Source: Chrysomallon squamiferum (lineage: Eukaryota > Animalia > Mollusca). From it: a stretch of DNA of 64,000 bases. The stretch's first letter is position 1. Each line of letters starts with the position of its first letter. This document shows positions 1 through 14,155 of the stretch, piece by piece. Where the stretch lies: the NCBI GenBank assembly GCA_012295275.1, contig CM022669.1:11098001-11162000 (forward strand). Reading direction: 5' to 3'. The translations under genes were made by a program, and so were the position numbers. The notes under the pieces are model-generated. The model did no database searches, was not told where the DNA came from, and saw only the letters and a program-made list of their open reading frames with translations.

Positions 1-554
1 TAACTTTTACAACGTTAACATCCTTGTTATTGTCGACTGAATCTTAGAAAGTAGATAATTATTGTGTGATTCAAAAAAAACCAAAAAAAACCTAAAAGAT
101 ACGTTTAATATGCTTTATATATTTTTGATGGATCATTTAAGGTTTTTCTTTCTTTCTTCTTTTTTTTCTTGTTTTTTCTTTCATCTTTTCTTCATGTATA
201 TAAAATAAATATATTATGAATTATTTCATTTTATTTTATCGCTACATAAGATATAGTAATCCAGAAGTAAAACTGCCTAATCGTCAAACATTTTCATTCT
301 AAAAGGTGAGTGACATATGATATAGAAAATGTCAAAATAATGTATTTACAAACACATCAAACCTCTTTCCGTGCATAACTAAGTATTAATTCGTTTTTTC
401 TCCCATTTCGTTCGACCAAAGAATAAAATAGTTGTTCTTATATAAACTGAAAATATAACGAACAAGATTTTGTTTTCTTAAATTGGAGATACACACCTGC
501 ATGCATACATACATACTATACACATACACATACATATATACATACATACATACA

Positions 555-587
<33 letters not shown>

Positions 588-839
588 GCATGTCTACATA
601 CATTCAAACGTATGAGCACGTGTGTATACTCACGTACATATGTATCAGAAAATATTATGATGTATTCAAAAATTTCTAATAATAATAAAAATACATTATT
701 TTCTACCAAAAATAAGTACATAAAAATAATACAATATATAATAAGATTACAAACAACGCAGTACTATACAACAACAACAACAACAACAACAATGATGATA
801 ATGATGATGACGATGATAATAATACCAATAATAATAATG

Positions 840-909
<70 letters not shown>

Positions 910-1298
910 CAACAACAACAACAACAACATAAAATGCGTGTCTCAGTAAAATACGCTAGTTCAGGTTTTGTTGTGTAGGTTAAACATCCTGGTGAATATA
1001 TTTGTTTAAATTGTCAACCTTACACACAGAATTAATTTATTTTAAATAAGTTTTTTTCGTTCACAGTCACGCTCGTGTAGAGAAATATATTATAATTTAG
1101 TCTAAAAAAATAAGTGGGTAACAAAGTAAGTAGGTAAACATGCGACAGACAAGTGAGAGAAATTTTATTCAGTGACTGGTAATTTTCCACTCTAAAAATT
1201 TCCTAATAAAGAAACAGACGCAAGTTCGTTTCGTACCGCGTTACCTAAGCCGCGTTGTCAAACAGTAGTAACTTTTCACCTTCGCTTTCTGTCCTAGA

Positions 1299-1357
1299 AC
1301 TCTGTGTGAACACCCACTCTGTGTGAACACCCACTCTGTGTGAACACCCACTCTGTG
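1299..1357. repeat. 17-bp tandem repeat (ACTCTGTGTGAACACCC) x~3.5
   Basis: Directly visible perfect copies. Confidence 0.9.
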
Positions 1358-1433
1358 CTACATTATAGTTCATTTTAATTCGTTTGCAAATCTCACCAAA
1401 TTATTTCCACTGTTGTAATAATAATACGCTCTT

Positions 1434-1538
<105 letters not shown>

Positions 1539-1775
1539 ATTTCAACTTCTGATCTAGATCATTACAAAATCACACACGCACAGACACACTCACACATATT
1601 AGTGTTCGTTCTCGTAAAATGCTTTCTTTTAAAACATTAAATGAAATAAACACACAAAAACAATTCAATCAAAAACTTTTATTTTAATTCATTAATTCGT
1701 TTCTGTATCAAAGGTTATATGTGTACATATATATATATATATCTATATATCTATATATATATATATTCCACAGAT

Positions 1776-4180
1776 TTAATTTTTACGATAAACAGGCACC
1801 GCGCCTAAAATACCTTTCGAGTAGGCAATTTTTCTTTTGCTGATAAGTTTCCACAGTCCTGATTTTTCTAATTTGCTAAACTCTGATTCCACTTTAGCTG
1901 GCGGTTCTCCGTCAAAAGAAAAATGTTCCTGCAAAGTGGCCATCACAAAATATCCTCCTGGAAATAAAAATAGCAAGTATTTAAAAATTAATAAACACAC
2001 AAACAAACAAACAAACAAACAAACAAACAAATAAATAAATAAATAAACAAATAAATAAATAAATAAATAAACAAATAGATGTAAAATAAATAAGCTCAGT
2101 GGATGAAGATAGAAAATGAAAGTTATCGTATGTTTATGTACAATATTTAAAAAGTTACGACAGTTTTCTCAAAGTTTATCATCACAGGTATGTAGAAATA
2201 TGTGTAAATGTTACATTTTAAACATCTGGTTTCTACATTTCTTAAATATCGCTAGAGATATATCAGCATATTTTAAAAATTACAACAACAGTGGCGACTA
2301 CAGCACCAGCAACAACAGTAGCAATAATAATAACAATAATAACTATAATGATAATAATAATAATAACAACAACATAACAACAACAACAATAATAATAATA
2401 ACACGACAATAATAATAATAATAATAATAATGTAATTATTATTATTATTATTATTATTACTGTTATTATCATTATTACACATTCCAGTGACTAGTTTTCT
2501 AAAATAAAAATCCAGGAAAACAATTTTTACCTGGTTTCGTAACTCGGATTAGTTCCTTCATGCCAGCAATGTAATCTCCAGTCATAATGGCGCCAAGACC
2601 AGCACATATCATTATCAAATCGTATGTGTCTGAAAGTAATAGAATAATAATTATTTATTATAGACTGTTATAGCGAAGACTCCAGTGTTTGTCTGTAATA
2701 CTTATAATACTCTCTGTATTAAAATGTCCAGAAAATAATAAAAAAAAAAAAAAACATAAAACATAAAAATAAAAAAGTTCAGAAATATGGTCTTTAGTTG
2801 ACTTTACTGATCAAAATGAAAATCTCTTATGTGAAATATTGGTTGGATCACTTAGTTCTGACAAAACGATTTACAAGTTGCGTGTGGAGAATACGATTAT
2901 AAAGTAGTTTTCTGATGATACATTCACCATAATTCTGAGATTATGTTGTTGTTGTTTTTAATGTTTTTCATCATTTCAGTCTTAGTTTCATTCACTCCGA
3001 GTTAATTTCATTCGTCACTGCATGAATCAATCACAAGATTAAGAAGCAATGGTCAAATGGTCAAATGGTCAAATGGTCAAATGGCCAAATGGCCAAATGG
3101 TCAGGATTATTATTTCAATAAAGTCGGACAGAAATATAAATTTCTAAAAATTTAACTATTACACAGTTTACAGTATTAAATAATTCATTTTTGAAATTTA
3201 ACTCTTACAATATTAAACTAGTTATAAGTCTCACCACTTTCTATGTCCAGTCTATTACTTCCAACATAATCGTTGATACATCGTCCATAAAGTCCTGTTT
3301 TCTTTGCTTTCTCCAACATCTTTTCTGATGGATCCAGAGCATCAATGTTTTTGAATCCAAGTTTAGCTAACTGATAAAATTAAAAAAAAAAAAAAATTAA
3401 AATCGTTGACGTCGCAAAGATCAATCCCAAAATCCGACAGTCTAACTACAGCATCACTCAGTCTGCATATTTTTTATTTAGTTCTTATTATACATTTATC
3501 TATATTTATTTCTTATTTACTTCTCATAGTTATATATTTATCTAAGTTTATTTTGTATTTATTTCTCATTTTCATGCGTATGTATGTATGTATGTATGTA
3601 TGTATGTATGTGTGTGTGTATGTATGTATGTATGTATGTATGTATGTATGTATGTATGTATGTATGTATGTATGTATGAATGTATGTATGTATGTATGTA
3701 TGTATGTATGTATGTATATATGTATATATTATTTTTTTTACCTCGGCAGCAACCATTCCTGTCCCTGCAGCTACATCAAGAACTCGGATCTTATCTCGAT
3801 TGTCTGGAAAAAGTTCTGCTGCTGAAGCCGCTGTTTCTTTAGGACCGTCGTAATCTAGCGCACAAAGATGCTGAAAGAAACAAACATATAAACATGTTGT
3901 CTTTTCTTTCTTTTTTTAAGAAAAACGTTCAAGTAAACAGTTTTATTTAGATTTAATAAACGCTTTCACCCATTTCGTTATTTTGTGAAAACATTCGAAA
4001 GCGAAATATCAAAATAAACTGAACAGTCGTTTTACAAACCTTTTCGTAGACGTCGCTGCCTTTGTTGTAAAACTCGACCACTTTTTCGTTTGAGCCTGTT
4101 TTGTAGGTTGTTGTGTACAGCTGATCGAAAAATTTCTCCGCGGATTCGACATCACTTTGACTGCGGCTTCCTTCCATCAT
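1776..4180 (-). CDS. METTL27: METTL27/WBSCR27-like class I SAM-dependent methyltransferase, paralog A (5 coding exons, ~228 aa)
   Basis: Exons on minus strand with GT-AG boundaries: 4180-4040 (MMEGSRSQSDVESAEKFFDQLYTTTYKTGSNEKVVEFYNKGSDVYEK), 3870-3742 (HLCALDYDGPKETAASAAELFPDNRDKIRVLDVAAGTGMVAAE), 3370-3235 (LAKLGFKNIDALDPSEKMLEKAKKTGLYGRCINDYVGSNRLDIES), 2629-2531 (DTYDLIMICAGLGAIMTGDYIAGMKELIRVTKPG), 1957-1776 (GYFVMATLQEHFSFDGEPPAKVESEFSKLEKSGLWK...VYRKN*). Motif I VLDVAAGTG, acidic post-I D, DTYDL and KPGG motifs are present; phases 0,0,1,1 join in frame. An in-frame upstream ATG exists at 4240. The symbol is a family-level assignment. Confidence 0.88.
3048..3103. repeat. 8-bp tandem repeat (AATGGYCA) x7 in intron 3 of paralog A
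   Basis: aatggtcaaatggtca...aatggccaaatggtca; the homologous position in B (~7540) has a single tgaccatt unit. Confidence 0.9.
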
Positions 4181-4240
4181 TAATTTTTTATGTTTTTTTT
4201 TGTGTGTGTGTTTTTTTTCACACAGAGTTTCTTCTCCCAT

Positions 4241-4526
4241 TGATTTTATATGACAAATGACGTAGAATAATCGCGTAGGAAGGTGTGTACTTGAATACAG
4301 GAATAAAAGGATATTTGCTTAGCTAATTTTAATTTCTTATGTTTATCAGGTTTCACGTGAATATAGTTGCTCATTTACATATAGAACTCGTTTTGCATAC
4401 AGATACTGATGAGAGAGAGAGAGAGCGATTCAGATAGATGGTCAGACAGAAAGATAGAAAGATAGATTGGTAAACAGATAGATATATAGACTGATTGATT
4501 GATAAAAACATAGATTAGATAGATGG

Positions 4527-4557
<31 letters not shown>

Positions 4558-4616
4558 CACACAGAGACAAAGACAAATCCACACACACACACACACACAC
4601 ACACATATTTATATAT

Positions 4617-4695
<79 letters not shown>

Positions 4696-5087
4696 GAGAG
4701 AATATTTAAAAAACACAAAAAAGCCCACAAAATAAAAGAAAAACAGAAACAGAAACCCCCCCCCAAAATAACAAAACAAACAAAACAAATCTTTTTCCTA
4801 AACATCGCTACATTTGTTATATAAAAAAAAAATGCTATTACTTTATCGTTAGATGTAGTTGTGTAAGTGTAATGAATTAATCGCTTTACTGTGTCAATCA
4901 CTTTGCGTCTTTTTTATCATGACTATTTGTCTTGATGGGAATTTGACGTGACGGTAACGATGGAATCAACACAGTATATTTAACAAAACCGTGTGTTTGA
5001 ATATTAAAGTATGCAGTTTTCTCTTAGTGAATGCTAATGTGTTTATTTGTGTTAATTTCACCGCTCCAAATTTATTGTGGCACTTGG

Positions 5088-5174
<87 letters not shown>

Positions 5175-5672
5175 GTTTGATCCATCTTTAAAATCTCTAT
5201 ATGTGTGTGCGTGTGTGTTGCAATCAGTAACGCAATTTATCTATATGTCTGTATGTATCTCTTACTATCTTTCCTGTTGTCCTCTGTCTCTTTCAATCCC
5301 TCTGTCTATTTGTCTGTCTACCTATATCCCTCTTGTTCTCTGTCTATCTCGTGTTCATATTCGTTCAATCATGCAATCAATCTATATGTTTATCTAACTC
5401 TTTCGTTTGTATACTCTCTCTCTCTCTCTCTTTGTCTCTCTCTCTCTCTCTGTCTGTGTCTCTTTCTCTCTCTATGTATCTATCTATCTATTTATCTATC
5501 TCTCACTGTCTTTCACTCTAATTAACTAAATATAAGTGATAATCACGTGCTCATTAATGTAAACAAAGACTTTTATTCATGTGCAGGTCTTCTTAAAATG
5601 AAAAAAAAATAAAATAAAGATCGAAAAAAAAAAGCCCACAGTCGCTTTAACGTCATTCAAAGTTTGACTATC
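4241..5672. promoter_or_regulatory. Divergent (head-to-head) intergenic region between methyltransferases A and B
   Basis: Start codons point away from each other ~1.5 kb apart; CACGTG E-boxes at 4354-4359 and 5544-5549; TATAAAA on the minus strand at 4244-4250; the spacer is filled with (GA)n, (CA)n and (CT)n tracts. Confidence 0.5.
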
Positions 5673-6369
5673 ATGGCAGAAAGACGTGGCGAAAGTGACG
5701 TCAAGTCGGCGAAAAACTTTCTAGACAAACTTCTCAACGCTACGTACAAAGCTGGCTCGAATGAAAAAGTGGTCGAATTTTACAACATGTACAGCGATGT
5801 GTACGACAAGGTCTGTTAAGTGTTGATATCAGATTACATTTCTGATTTTCATTTCTTTTTATATTCTTTGAAAAATATGAGTGTAACTGTAAACAAGGTT
5901 TTATGTTAAGCAGCACTGCTTGAAACAAATTACGTTCTAACTTTCATTTCAAAATCTCTATTCCAAGAGTAGAAAACAGAAATGAATACTAGTTTATTAT
6001 CGTATCTCAGAATATTTTACTATTAACCATTATTAGATTTTATCAGTAATTATATAGTTTTATTTTGTTTTAAAATGATGCTAAGACAGAAGGCCTGCAA
6101 CAGCTATTAATGAGTAATAATAAAGGATTACACTAACGTAGAGCTTGGTATAGCAGAAAAGCATACAGGACGTGTTTTGTTAAATAATTATCTAAGTTTA
6201 CAGACGATCATCGTTCAGGTGGTTAAATCTGACTCTTTGTTTTCTCGGCGCTTCGTGGCAAGAAAGTAAAACAGCGATATTCCAGTTTGTTAAACATTAA
6301 AACGTAAACAATTATATATAATTAGTGATAGTCGGATTAATATTATATTATTATTATTACCACTATTAT

Positions 6370-6442
<73 letters not shown>

Positions 6443-6444
6443 GC

Positions 6445-6486
<42 letters not shown>

Positions 6487-7000
6487 GATTATGATTATTA
6501 ACCCAATATTAACCCAAATGGTTGGTTGGTTGGTGTTCTATTCATTCTTGTCTTCTTGTTTCTTTTTTTAAAAGACAGTAATTTTAAAGTATTTTGTGTT
6601 TTTGTTTTTTTACTTCAGTATATAATGGAACTCGACTATGACAGTCCTCAAGAAACAGCGGCTTCAGCAGCAGAACTTTTTCCAGACAATCGAGATAAGA
6701 TCCGAGTTCTTGATGTAGCTGCAGGGACAGGAATGGTTGGTGTCGAGGTAAAAAAAAAGGAAATATATATACATATATATATACAGAGTGTCCCAGAAGT
6801 CGCGCACCATATACATGTATATAATATTTTTTTTTTTTATATTACAGAGTAAAAAACAGTTTTATAAAGAGAATTGAAGTATGTATCAATGCAGAGGGCA
6901 GGCAATTTGTGCATTTATGATTATTATTAATAAAATTTTTATTCATATGTATCTAAATAAAAATCTTCATGTTGCGTGACTTCTGGGACACCCTGTATAT

Positions 7001-7055
<55 letters not shown>

Positions 7056-7185
7056 CATATACATAAATATAAAATAATCTGAAATGAATACAAATAAATA
7101 TACTCAGTGATGGAATGGTTAGAATGTCGATGTTGGGATTGGTTTTGGCGAAGTGTAAGGATTTGTGTATTCTGTACGCCGAACA

Positions 7186-7243
<58 letters not shown>

Positions 7244-8451
7244 TTCATTATTATTGATTTAATTTTTTTAATTTTAATTTCAGTTAGCTAAACTTGGATT
7301 CAAAAACATTGATGCTCTGGATCCATCATCAGGAATGTTGGAGAAAGCAAAGAAAACAGGATTTTATGGACGATGTATCAACGATTATGTTGGAAGTAAC
7401 AGACTGGACATAGAAAGTGGTGAGACCTGTAACTAGTTTAATATTGTAATAGTTAAATTTTAAAAGTGAATTATTTAATACTGTAACTATAAGTTTTAAA
7501 AATTCATTATTTCTTTCCGATATTACTGAAATACTGATCCTGACCATTTGTCCAGTGTTTTGTATTCAGCTCTTCATTCAGTGACGAATAAAATTATTTT
7601 GGAATGAATAAAACCAAAAAGAAAATGGTTAAAAATACAAATAAATATAGTCTGATATAGTGAATGAAGTTTTTACATAAATGCCTCTTCAGAAAAATAT
7701 TTTATAATCGAACTCTAGTTCGTTGTAAAGAACAAAATATCCAACCAACATTTCATATAAATTATTTTCCTTTTAATCAGTAGAGTCACCTTAAGACCAT
7801 CGTTCTGAATGGGTTTTTTTTTAAGTTTGATGACTTTTTTTTTTTTCTGGACACTTAATAACCATACAGAGAGTATTGTAAATATCGTGGACAAACACTG
7901 GAGTCGTTGCTATAACAGTCTGTAACAAATAATCAGTATTCTATTACTTTCAGACACATACGATTTGATTACCATATCTGCTGGTCTTGGAGGCATAATG
8001 AATGGAGATTACATGGCTGGCATGAAGGAACTGATCCGAATTATGAAACCAGGTAGTTGTTTGTTTGTTTGTTTGTTTGTTTGTTTGTTTGTTTAACGTT
8101 TTCTTTTAATACCGAGTGTCAAGGCACTACGCCGTATTACGTCTAATCATCGACTCAGTGAAACCTTCACCTTTCTGGTTATGTTGAAAGTTAGTGACAG
8201 GTTTTTCAGATACGGCCCTCTTCATTTATAAAATGTTGACAAAAATAGTCGTTGCACCCAATATTCAAATGTCCATAGCTGAGCAATCGCTTAGCCAATC
8301 TTGTAGAAATGGGTGGTTCTACTAAAATGATTTAATAAGAATTCCCAAAAATAACATTGGGATAATCTTAAGGGTTATGACCTTTAGACCTTCACCTTGA
8401 CTACGAACTTGACCTTGTGGGTCACGTGATCTTGATATGACCTTTCATGTT

Positions 8452-8483
<32 letters not shown>

Positions 8484-9170
8484 CAGGAAGCTATTTATTA
8501 TTATTATTATTGTTATTATCATTTTTTATCTTTTCCTTTCTGTTTTAATTTTTTTTTTTTTTTTTTTACATTACGAATCGTACAAATTCGAATTAAAAAA
8601 AAAAAAAAATTTAGTGTTATAAGCAAACAATATTTCTTGCATGGAACTGACTTTCGAAACAAAAGTAGCACCCGTCCTAAGTTGTGCGCGGAATTCATAT
8701 CTTAGAAACACGATGACACAAAAATAACAGGAACACTAAATATTACAAAATTTATCTTGGTTGTGATAAAGAGGTTATCTCATAATGACATAATTATTAA
8801 TCCATTTATCAGCTACCAGGGACTTTATGAGTGCATATAGGTTAAAGGTTGTAACTGTTTTTGTTTTTCTCTATTTATTTTTGTTAAGGGTGAGCTGTAC
8901 CCCAGAGTTAGTCAATAGATAGTCTGAGTGATCAAATGGCCCCAGGTTCAATTGTCCTGGCTGTTGCTGTTGGCCTAGTTCCCGTTCCAAACTGTCCTCC
9001 GCGAATAGTTTATTAAAGGCTCTGTATGTACTCTCGAGTCTGTGGAAAATTGATATTAAAGATTCCTTGATGCCAATGCGAAGAGATTAGTCTGCTACTA
9101 CTATTATTAATATTTAATTATTTATTTATTTATTTACTTATTGTTTATTTTTTATTATTTTTTCATTTAT

Positions 9171-9239
<69 letters not shown>

Positions 9240-9577
9240 ATTATTTTTTATTTTTTTTTTTTTTTATTTTTTTTTTTTTTTTTTTTTTATTTAATTATTA
9301 TTATTATTTTTTTTTTTTTTTTTAATATATATATTCTGATTTCTATTTCATATTTCAAAAAATAATTTTCTCACATATTATTATTATTTTTCCAGGAGGT
9401 TATATGGTGATTTCTACTCTCCAGCAACATTTTTCTTTTGACGGAGAACCGCCAGCTAAAGTGGAATCAGAGTTTAGCAAATTAGAAAAATCAGGACTGT
9501 GGAAACTTATCAGCAAAAGAAAAATTGCCTACTCGAAAGGTCTTTTAGGCGCGGTGGGGGTCTATCGCAAAAATTAA
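5673..9577 (+). CDS. METTL27: METTL27/WBSCR27-like SAM-dependent methyltransferase, paralog B (5 coding exons, ~227 aa)
   Basis: Exons 5673-5810 (MAERRGESDVKSAKNFLDKLLNATYKAGSNEKVVEFYNMYSDVYDK), 6619-6747 (YIMELDYDSPQETAASAAELFPDNRDKIRVLDVAAGTGMVGVE), 7284-7419 (LAKLGFKNIDALDPSSGMLEKAKKTGFYGRCINDYVGSNRLDIES), 7954-8052 (DTYDLITISAGLGGIMNGDYMAGMKELIRIMKPG), 9396-9577 (GYMVISTLQQHFSFDGEPP...VYRKN*). Exon sizes 129/136/99/182 match paralog A; all introns GT-AG; AATAAA at ~9626. Confidence 0.88.
6784..6995. mobile_element. Tc1/mariner-type MITE in intron 2 of methyltransferase B
   Basis: Terminal inverted repeats cagagtgtcccagaagtcgcgca / tgcgtgacttctgggacaccctg, flanked by TA on both sides; AT-rich non-coding interior. 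Confidence 0.8.
8370..8450. repeat. TGACCTT-motif cluster, probable DNA-transposon remnant
   Basis: Repeated tgacctt/gacctt/accttga motifs (ttatgacctttagaccttcaccttgactacgaacttgaccttg...atgaccttt). Confidence 0.3.
8888..9092 (+). mobile_element. Degraded tRNA-derived SINE, Meta-domain-like, in intron 4 of methyltransferase B
   Basis: B-box-like GGTTCAATT at ~8945 followed by cccgttccaaactgtcctccgcgaatagtttattaaaggctctgtatgtactctcgagtctgtggaaaattgatattaaagattccttgatgcc, which resembles the MetaSINE central domain as I recall it; ends in (cta)/(tat) repeats. Confidence 0.5.
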
Positions 9578-9778
9578 ACAGACACCAGACGGCCTGTTTA
9601 TAATCACCATTCATTAATGAACTAAAATAAACGTATTAGTCAGTATGAACACTGTGTATGGGATAATGTTAATATGCTATCGTATTTTGTATTCTGTTCG
9701 TAAGTACAGTACTTGTGCTGTTAGGCACCTTGGACTTTAAACGGGTTGAGAATGTCAGTGTGGTGCTTGTTTTCAGCA

Positions 9779-9823
<45 letters not shown>

Positions 9824-9878
9824 ACTCACACACACTCACACACACACTCACACACACACACACACACTCACACACATA

Positions 9879-9947
<69 letters not shown>

Positions 9948-9954
9948 TCACACT

Positions 9955-9999
<45 letters not shown>

Positions 10000-10488
10000 C
10001 TATATCTATATCTATATCTATCTATCTAACTATATATCAGTAAAAATAAATTTGAAATTTGAACTGTCTTTTGCTTACTTGTTTATCTGATGGATCGTAA
10101 CTGCTTTATATAATTGTACTTATTTATTTATTTATTTGTTTGTTTGTTTGTTTGTTTATTATTTTATTTCTTATACTATGCTATAAAGAATGAAAAATTA
10201 CACGTGGATAAAACTGCCCTCCAAACTAAATGTAAGAACTGAGTAGACTTAAATGAGCATGCGTGTGTATATGGACAGGTTTGTGTATGTATGTATATTT
10301 TATGTCGGTACATATGCAGCTATGTAAATATATGTATGTATTTATGTGTGTGTATATATATATATGTATATATTTATGTATGTATGTTTGTATGTATATA
10401 TGTATGTATGTCTGTACGTATGTATGTATGTGTATGTATGTATGTATGTATGCATATATGTAATGATGTAAGTGTGTATGTTTGTGTG

Positions 10489-10533
<45 letters not shown>

Positions 10534-10725
10534 CTTGTTTCTGCCATGATAATATTTTATGAATTTATTCTTTGTTTAATCATACCTTTAAGCCTGCACG
10601 GCACTCAGATATCTTTTTCAAAATTCCTTTCTCCCCTTTTTTTTTTGTTTTTCTCTTTTCTTTTTTTCTTTCTCTCTGTCAGTCTGTATGTCTCTCTTTC
10701 TATAACACTCTCTACCTTTGTCATT

Positions 10726-10790
<65 letters not shown>

Positions 10791-10858
10791 CTCTCTCACA
10801 CACACATAGACACACACACACACACACACACTCTATCTCTCTCTCTCTCACACACACA

Positions 10859-10940
<82 letters not shown>

Positions 10941-11929
10941 AATCGTGAACTCTTTGCTCTTTGTAACAAGTGACCTGACCCGAGTGGACAACAGGCAACA
11001 GGTATTGACATTATCGTAGATAAACCGACCAGGTCATACATTTACAAGTGTTATCTAAGTAAGGTTATTTCAATAAAAAGATAGGTTAAAGGTGCTCGAC
11101 CTTTCTGTACACGATGCACTAGATTAGTCTCATATCGAGACCAAGGCTTTAACAAAACCAACACGGCCGAATGTGTTTCCGTCGATGCCGAAGTCCGCTA
11201 ACTGCAAATATTTTCAAATGATAGTAACTCAATATCATAAACTGTACGTTTAGTAATTTTAACGTTTTTTTTTTTTTTTTTACTGAACAGTTTAATGTAA
11301 AGTGACCGTGTTTAATACCAAAAAAAATTTAAATAAATTATTTTTAACCTTAGGCCTTGAAGCTTTTCAGGCTGCTGTCAGACAGAAATGGTCCCTAAAG
11401 CACGTTTGACTGTACACCTGAACTTGATAATCCTAAAAGTATGTTAAATAAATGTTTTCACATCACTTCTGCTAAAATATGTGTTGTAATTTAAACCCTA
11501 TCGGCAGTGGATTAGAAAGAAATGATTACGTGAAGGGATTAAGCTTCCAAACAGAGATGCGTAGAAATAATTCTAAACAAAAAATAAATATTATATTTCT
11601 CGTAAGGCTATTTTCAAAATTTGTCTCTCTCTTACTGTTACTGAAATATAACGTATCCCTTTTTTTAATATTTTTTTTTTTTTTTTTTTTTTTTTTGGAT
11701 GGTTATACATACCATGACATTTGACCTCACCACATCAGACGACAAATCCAGTGCAGACTATGGCTACAGTTTTAAAATATGTTTCTTGTATCTATCACAA
11801 GGCTGACAGTGCATTGTAAACAGAATGCGTCAACACATTTTAAATTTGTTTTATTTATACATCTCTGCGTGGGAAATGATTTCTTCTGTGACATTTTATT
11901 ATGTGATTCTCTCACTCACTGTCTGTGTG

Positions 11930-11945
11930 TGTGTCTATCCGCGTA

Positions 11946-11981
<36 letters not shown>

Positions 11982-12055
11982 TCTATCTGTCTGTCTGTCT
12001 GTCTGTCTGTCTATTTATCTATAAATCTATCTATATATCTATCTATATCTATCTA

Positions 12056-12092
<37 letters not shown>

Positions 12093-12165
12093 GTCTGTCT
12101 ATCTATCTATCTATCTATCTGTCTGTCTGTCTATTTATCTATAAATCTATCTATATATCTATCTA

Positions 12166-12206
<41 letters not shown>

Positions 12207-12385
12207 CTGTCTATCCATCCATCTATCCATCCATCCATCCATCCATCCATCCATCCATCTATCTGTCTGTCTATCTGTCTATAAATCTATCTATGTGTCT
12301 ATCCATATCTATCCATCCATCCATCCATCCATCCATCCATCCATCCATCCATCCATCCATCCATCCATCTATATATTTGTCTGTC
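11930..12385. repeat. Compound tetranucleotide microsatellite (TCTG/TCTA/TCCA)n
   Basis: Directly visible. Confidence 0.9.
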
Positions 12386-13625
12386 TATTTTATTTAAATT
12401 TCTCTCTTTTCTTCTCCACGTCATTGTTTTCTTTTCTTTAATCTTTCTTCATCTCTCTGTCTCTGCTTCAATTTTTCTCTTCATTTCTCTCTTCGTCTCG
12501 ATATATATGTAATATGGTAAGATAGACCGACAGACAGACAGATATTTTCGGCTTTTTTCGTTTTACTTATTACATTTTCATATTATCACTGATCACAAAA
12601 ATAAACAACAACAACAACAAAACATAACAGAACACTGATGCTAATCTGCAACAGGCAAAATGTATTTTTTTTTTTTAATTTTTTTTTATATAATTTCTTT
12701 CAAAGTAAAGTCTACTGTTTCATAGTTAAAACCAGTGAATAAACAATGCACGAGAGTTCAGCAAACGATGATATTTCAAATATTTCCTGTTATAATAAGA
12801 TCGACGTATGAAATCACGTCCTTTATAACAGATGAGGAAAAATGTGTCGACGATGTTTTTGAAATTTAACGTTACTGGAACGTACACAAAGAAAAAACAG
12901 GCACACCGTTATTGTCCAAATGTCTCGGTCGATCAGTCAACCTGAGATTTTTTGATTTATAACTTTAAAAAGATGATGACCCAAGGAATACAATCATACC
13001 AGCCTGAAACCGAATGATTTAATATAACGTTCACAGAGGAAAAGTAAATGTTTTGTGTTTAAGTGTGACTTGCTTATTCTCGACTAAGTGATTATGCAAG
13101 GGTCTTCACAACGTCTTGCAGTTTTAGATAAATTGTCGCCACGTTACGACGTAACAGATGAAGTTGTTGATGTCGTGCGTCGTAGAACCACAGTAATTAA
13201 TCTGAACAAAGGAATGGCCGATTACCCGGAGATAATCTTGATAGCCGCTTTATTACGTTAATCTGTGGGTCTGTTGGTGTTTCTTTCTATGCATTCCTGT
13301 ATATGTGTGTATACATATATGAAACAAAGCTTGAGTGTATGTATGTGTGTGAATGTGCGTATGTATGCACGTGTGTGTATGTATGTATGTATGTATGTAT
13401 ATGTATATGTGTGTGTGTTGGTATGTATGTACATATATGTGTGTATTTGTGTTACATACCTGGGTTATTATACATATACACATACGCAATTAACGTACAT
13501 TAATATACATATAAATGTATGTATGTATGTATGTATGTACGTACGTATGTATCTATGTATATATGTATGTATGTATGCTTGTTACTGTGTTGGTGTATTA
13601 GTGTCTGTATGAGCTATGTAGGTGT

Positions 13626-13677
<52 letters not shown>

Positions 13678-14047
13678 GCGGCTATGTCTGTTTTTGTACA
13701 CCAAAGCAAAAACATCAAAACATAAACATTAACAATAACCAAAAAAAACTGACCACGACGTTTTTGCTGATTAAACGAACTAATAACAAAAAGGCAACAG
13801 GTGCAACAGATAAAAGTTTGTTTTTCAATATGTGCAGATGTCACAGTGTAGACAAAATCTCTGGTTCATTCAAGTATACAGTCTAATTTAAAGTAAAATA
13901 TATGTTTTATCCGTTTTTTAACATATATTCATATTCTTATTCTTCCTTTTCACCATGGTCTGTTATAGTTGGTGGGTATATGCGTAAAGGTTAAATTTAA
14001 CTGGAATTTATATCTTTTTCTATACAGATGTCTCTTTCTTTGCACCC

Positions 14048-14155
<108 letters not shown>

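Noticed and set aside
386-932. MYVC/HTYI/poly-Ile ORFs here and many similar ones across the window
   Set aside because: Products of (TACA)n, (TAA)n, (CA)n and (GA)n microsatellites, which lack stops in some frames.
4181-4240. Basic NLS-like N-terminal extension of paralog A (MGEETLCEKKHTHKKKHKKL)
   Set aside because: Encoded by homopolymer and CA repeats with no counterpart in B; a TATAAAA lies only ~10 nt upstream of this ATG, so transcription probably starts downstream of it. Not fully excluded.
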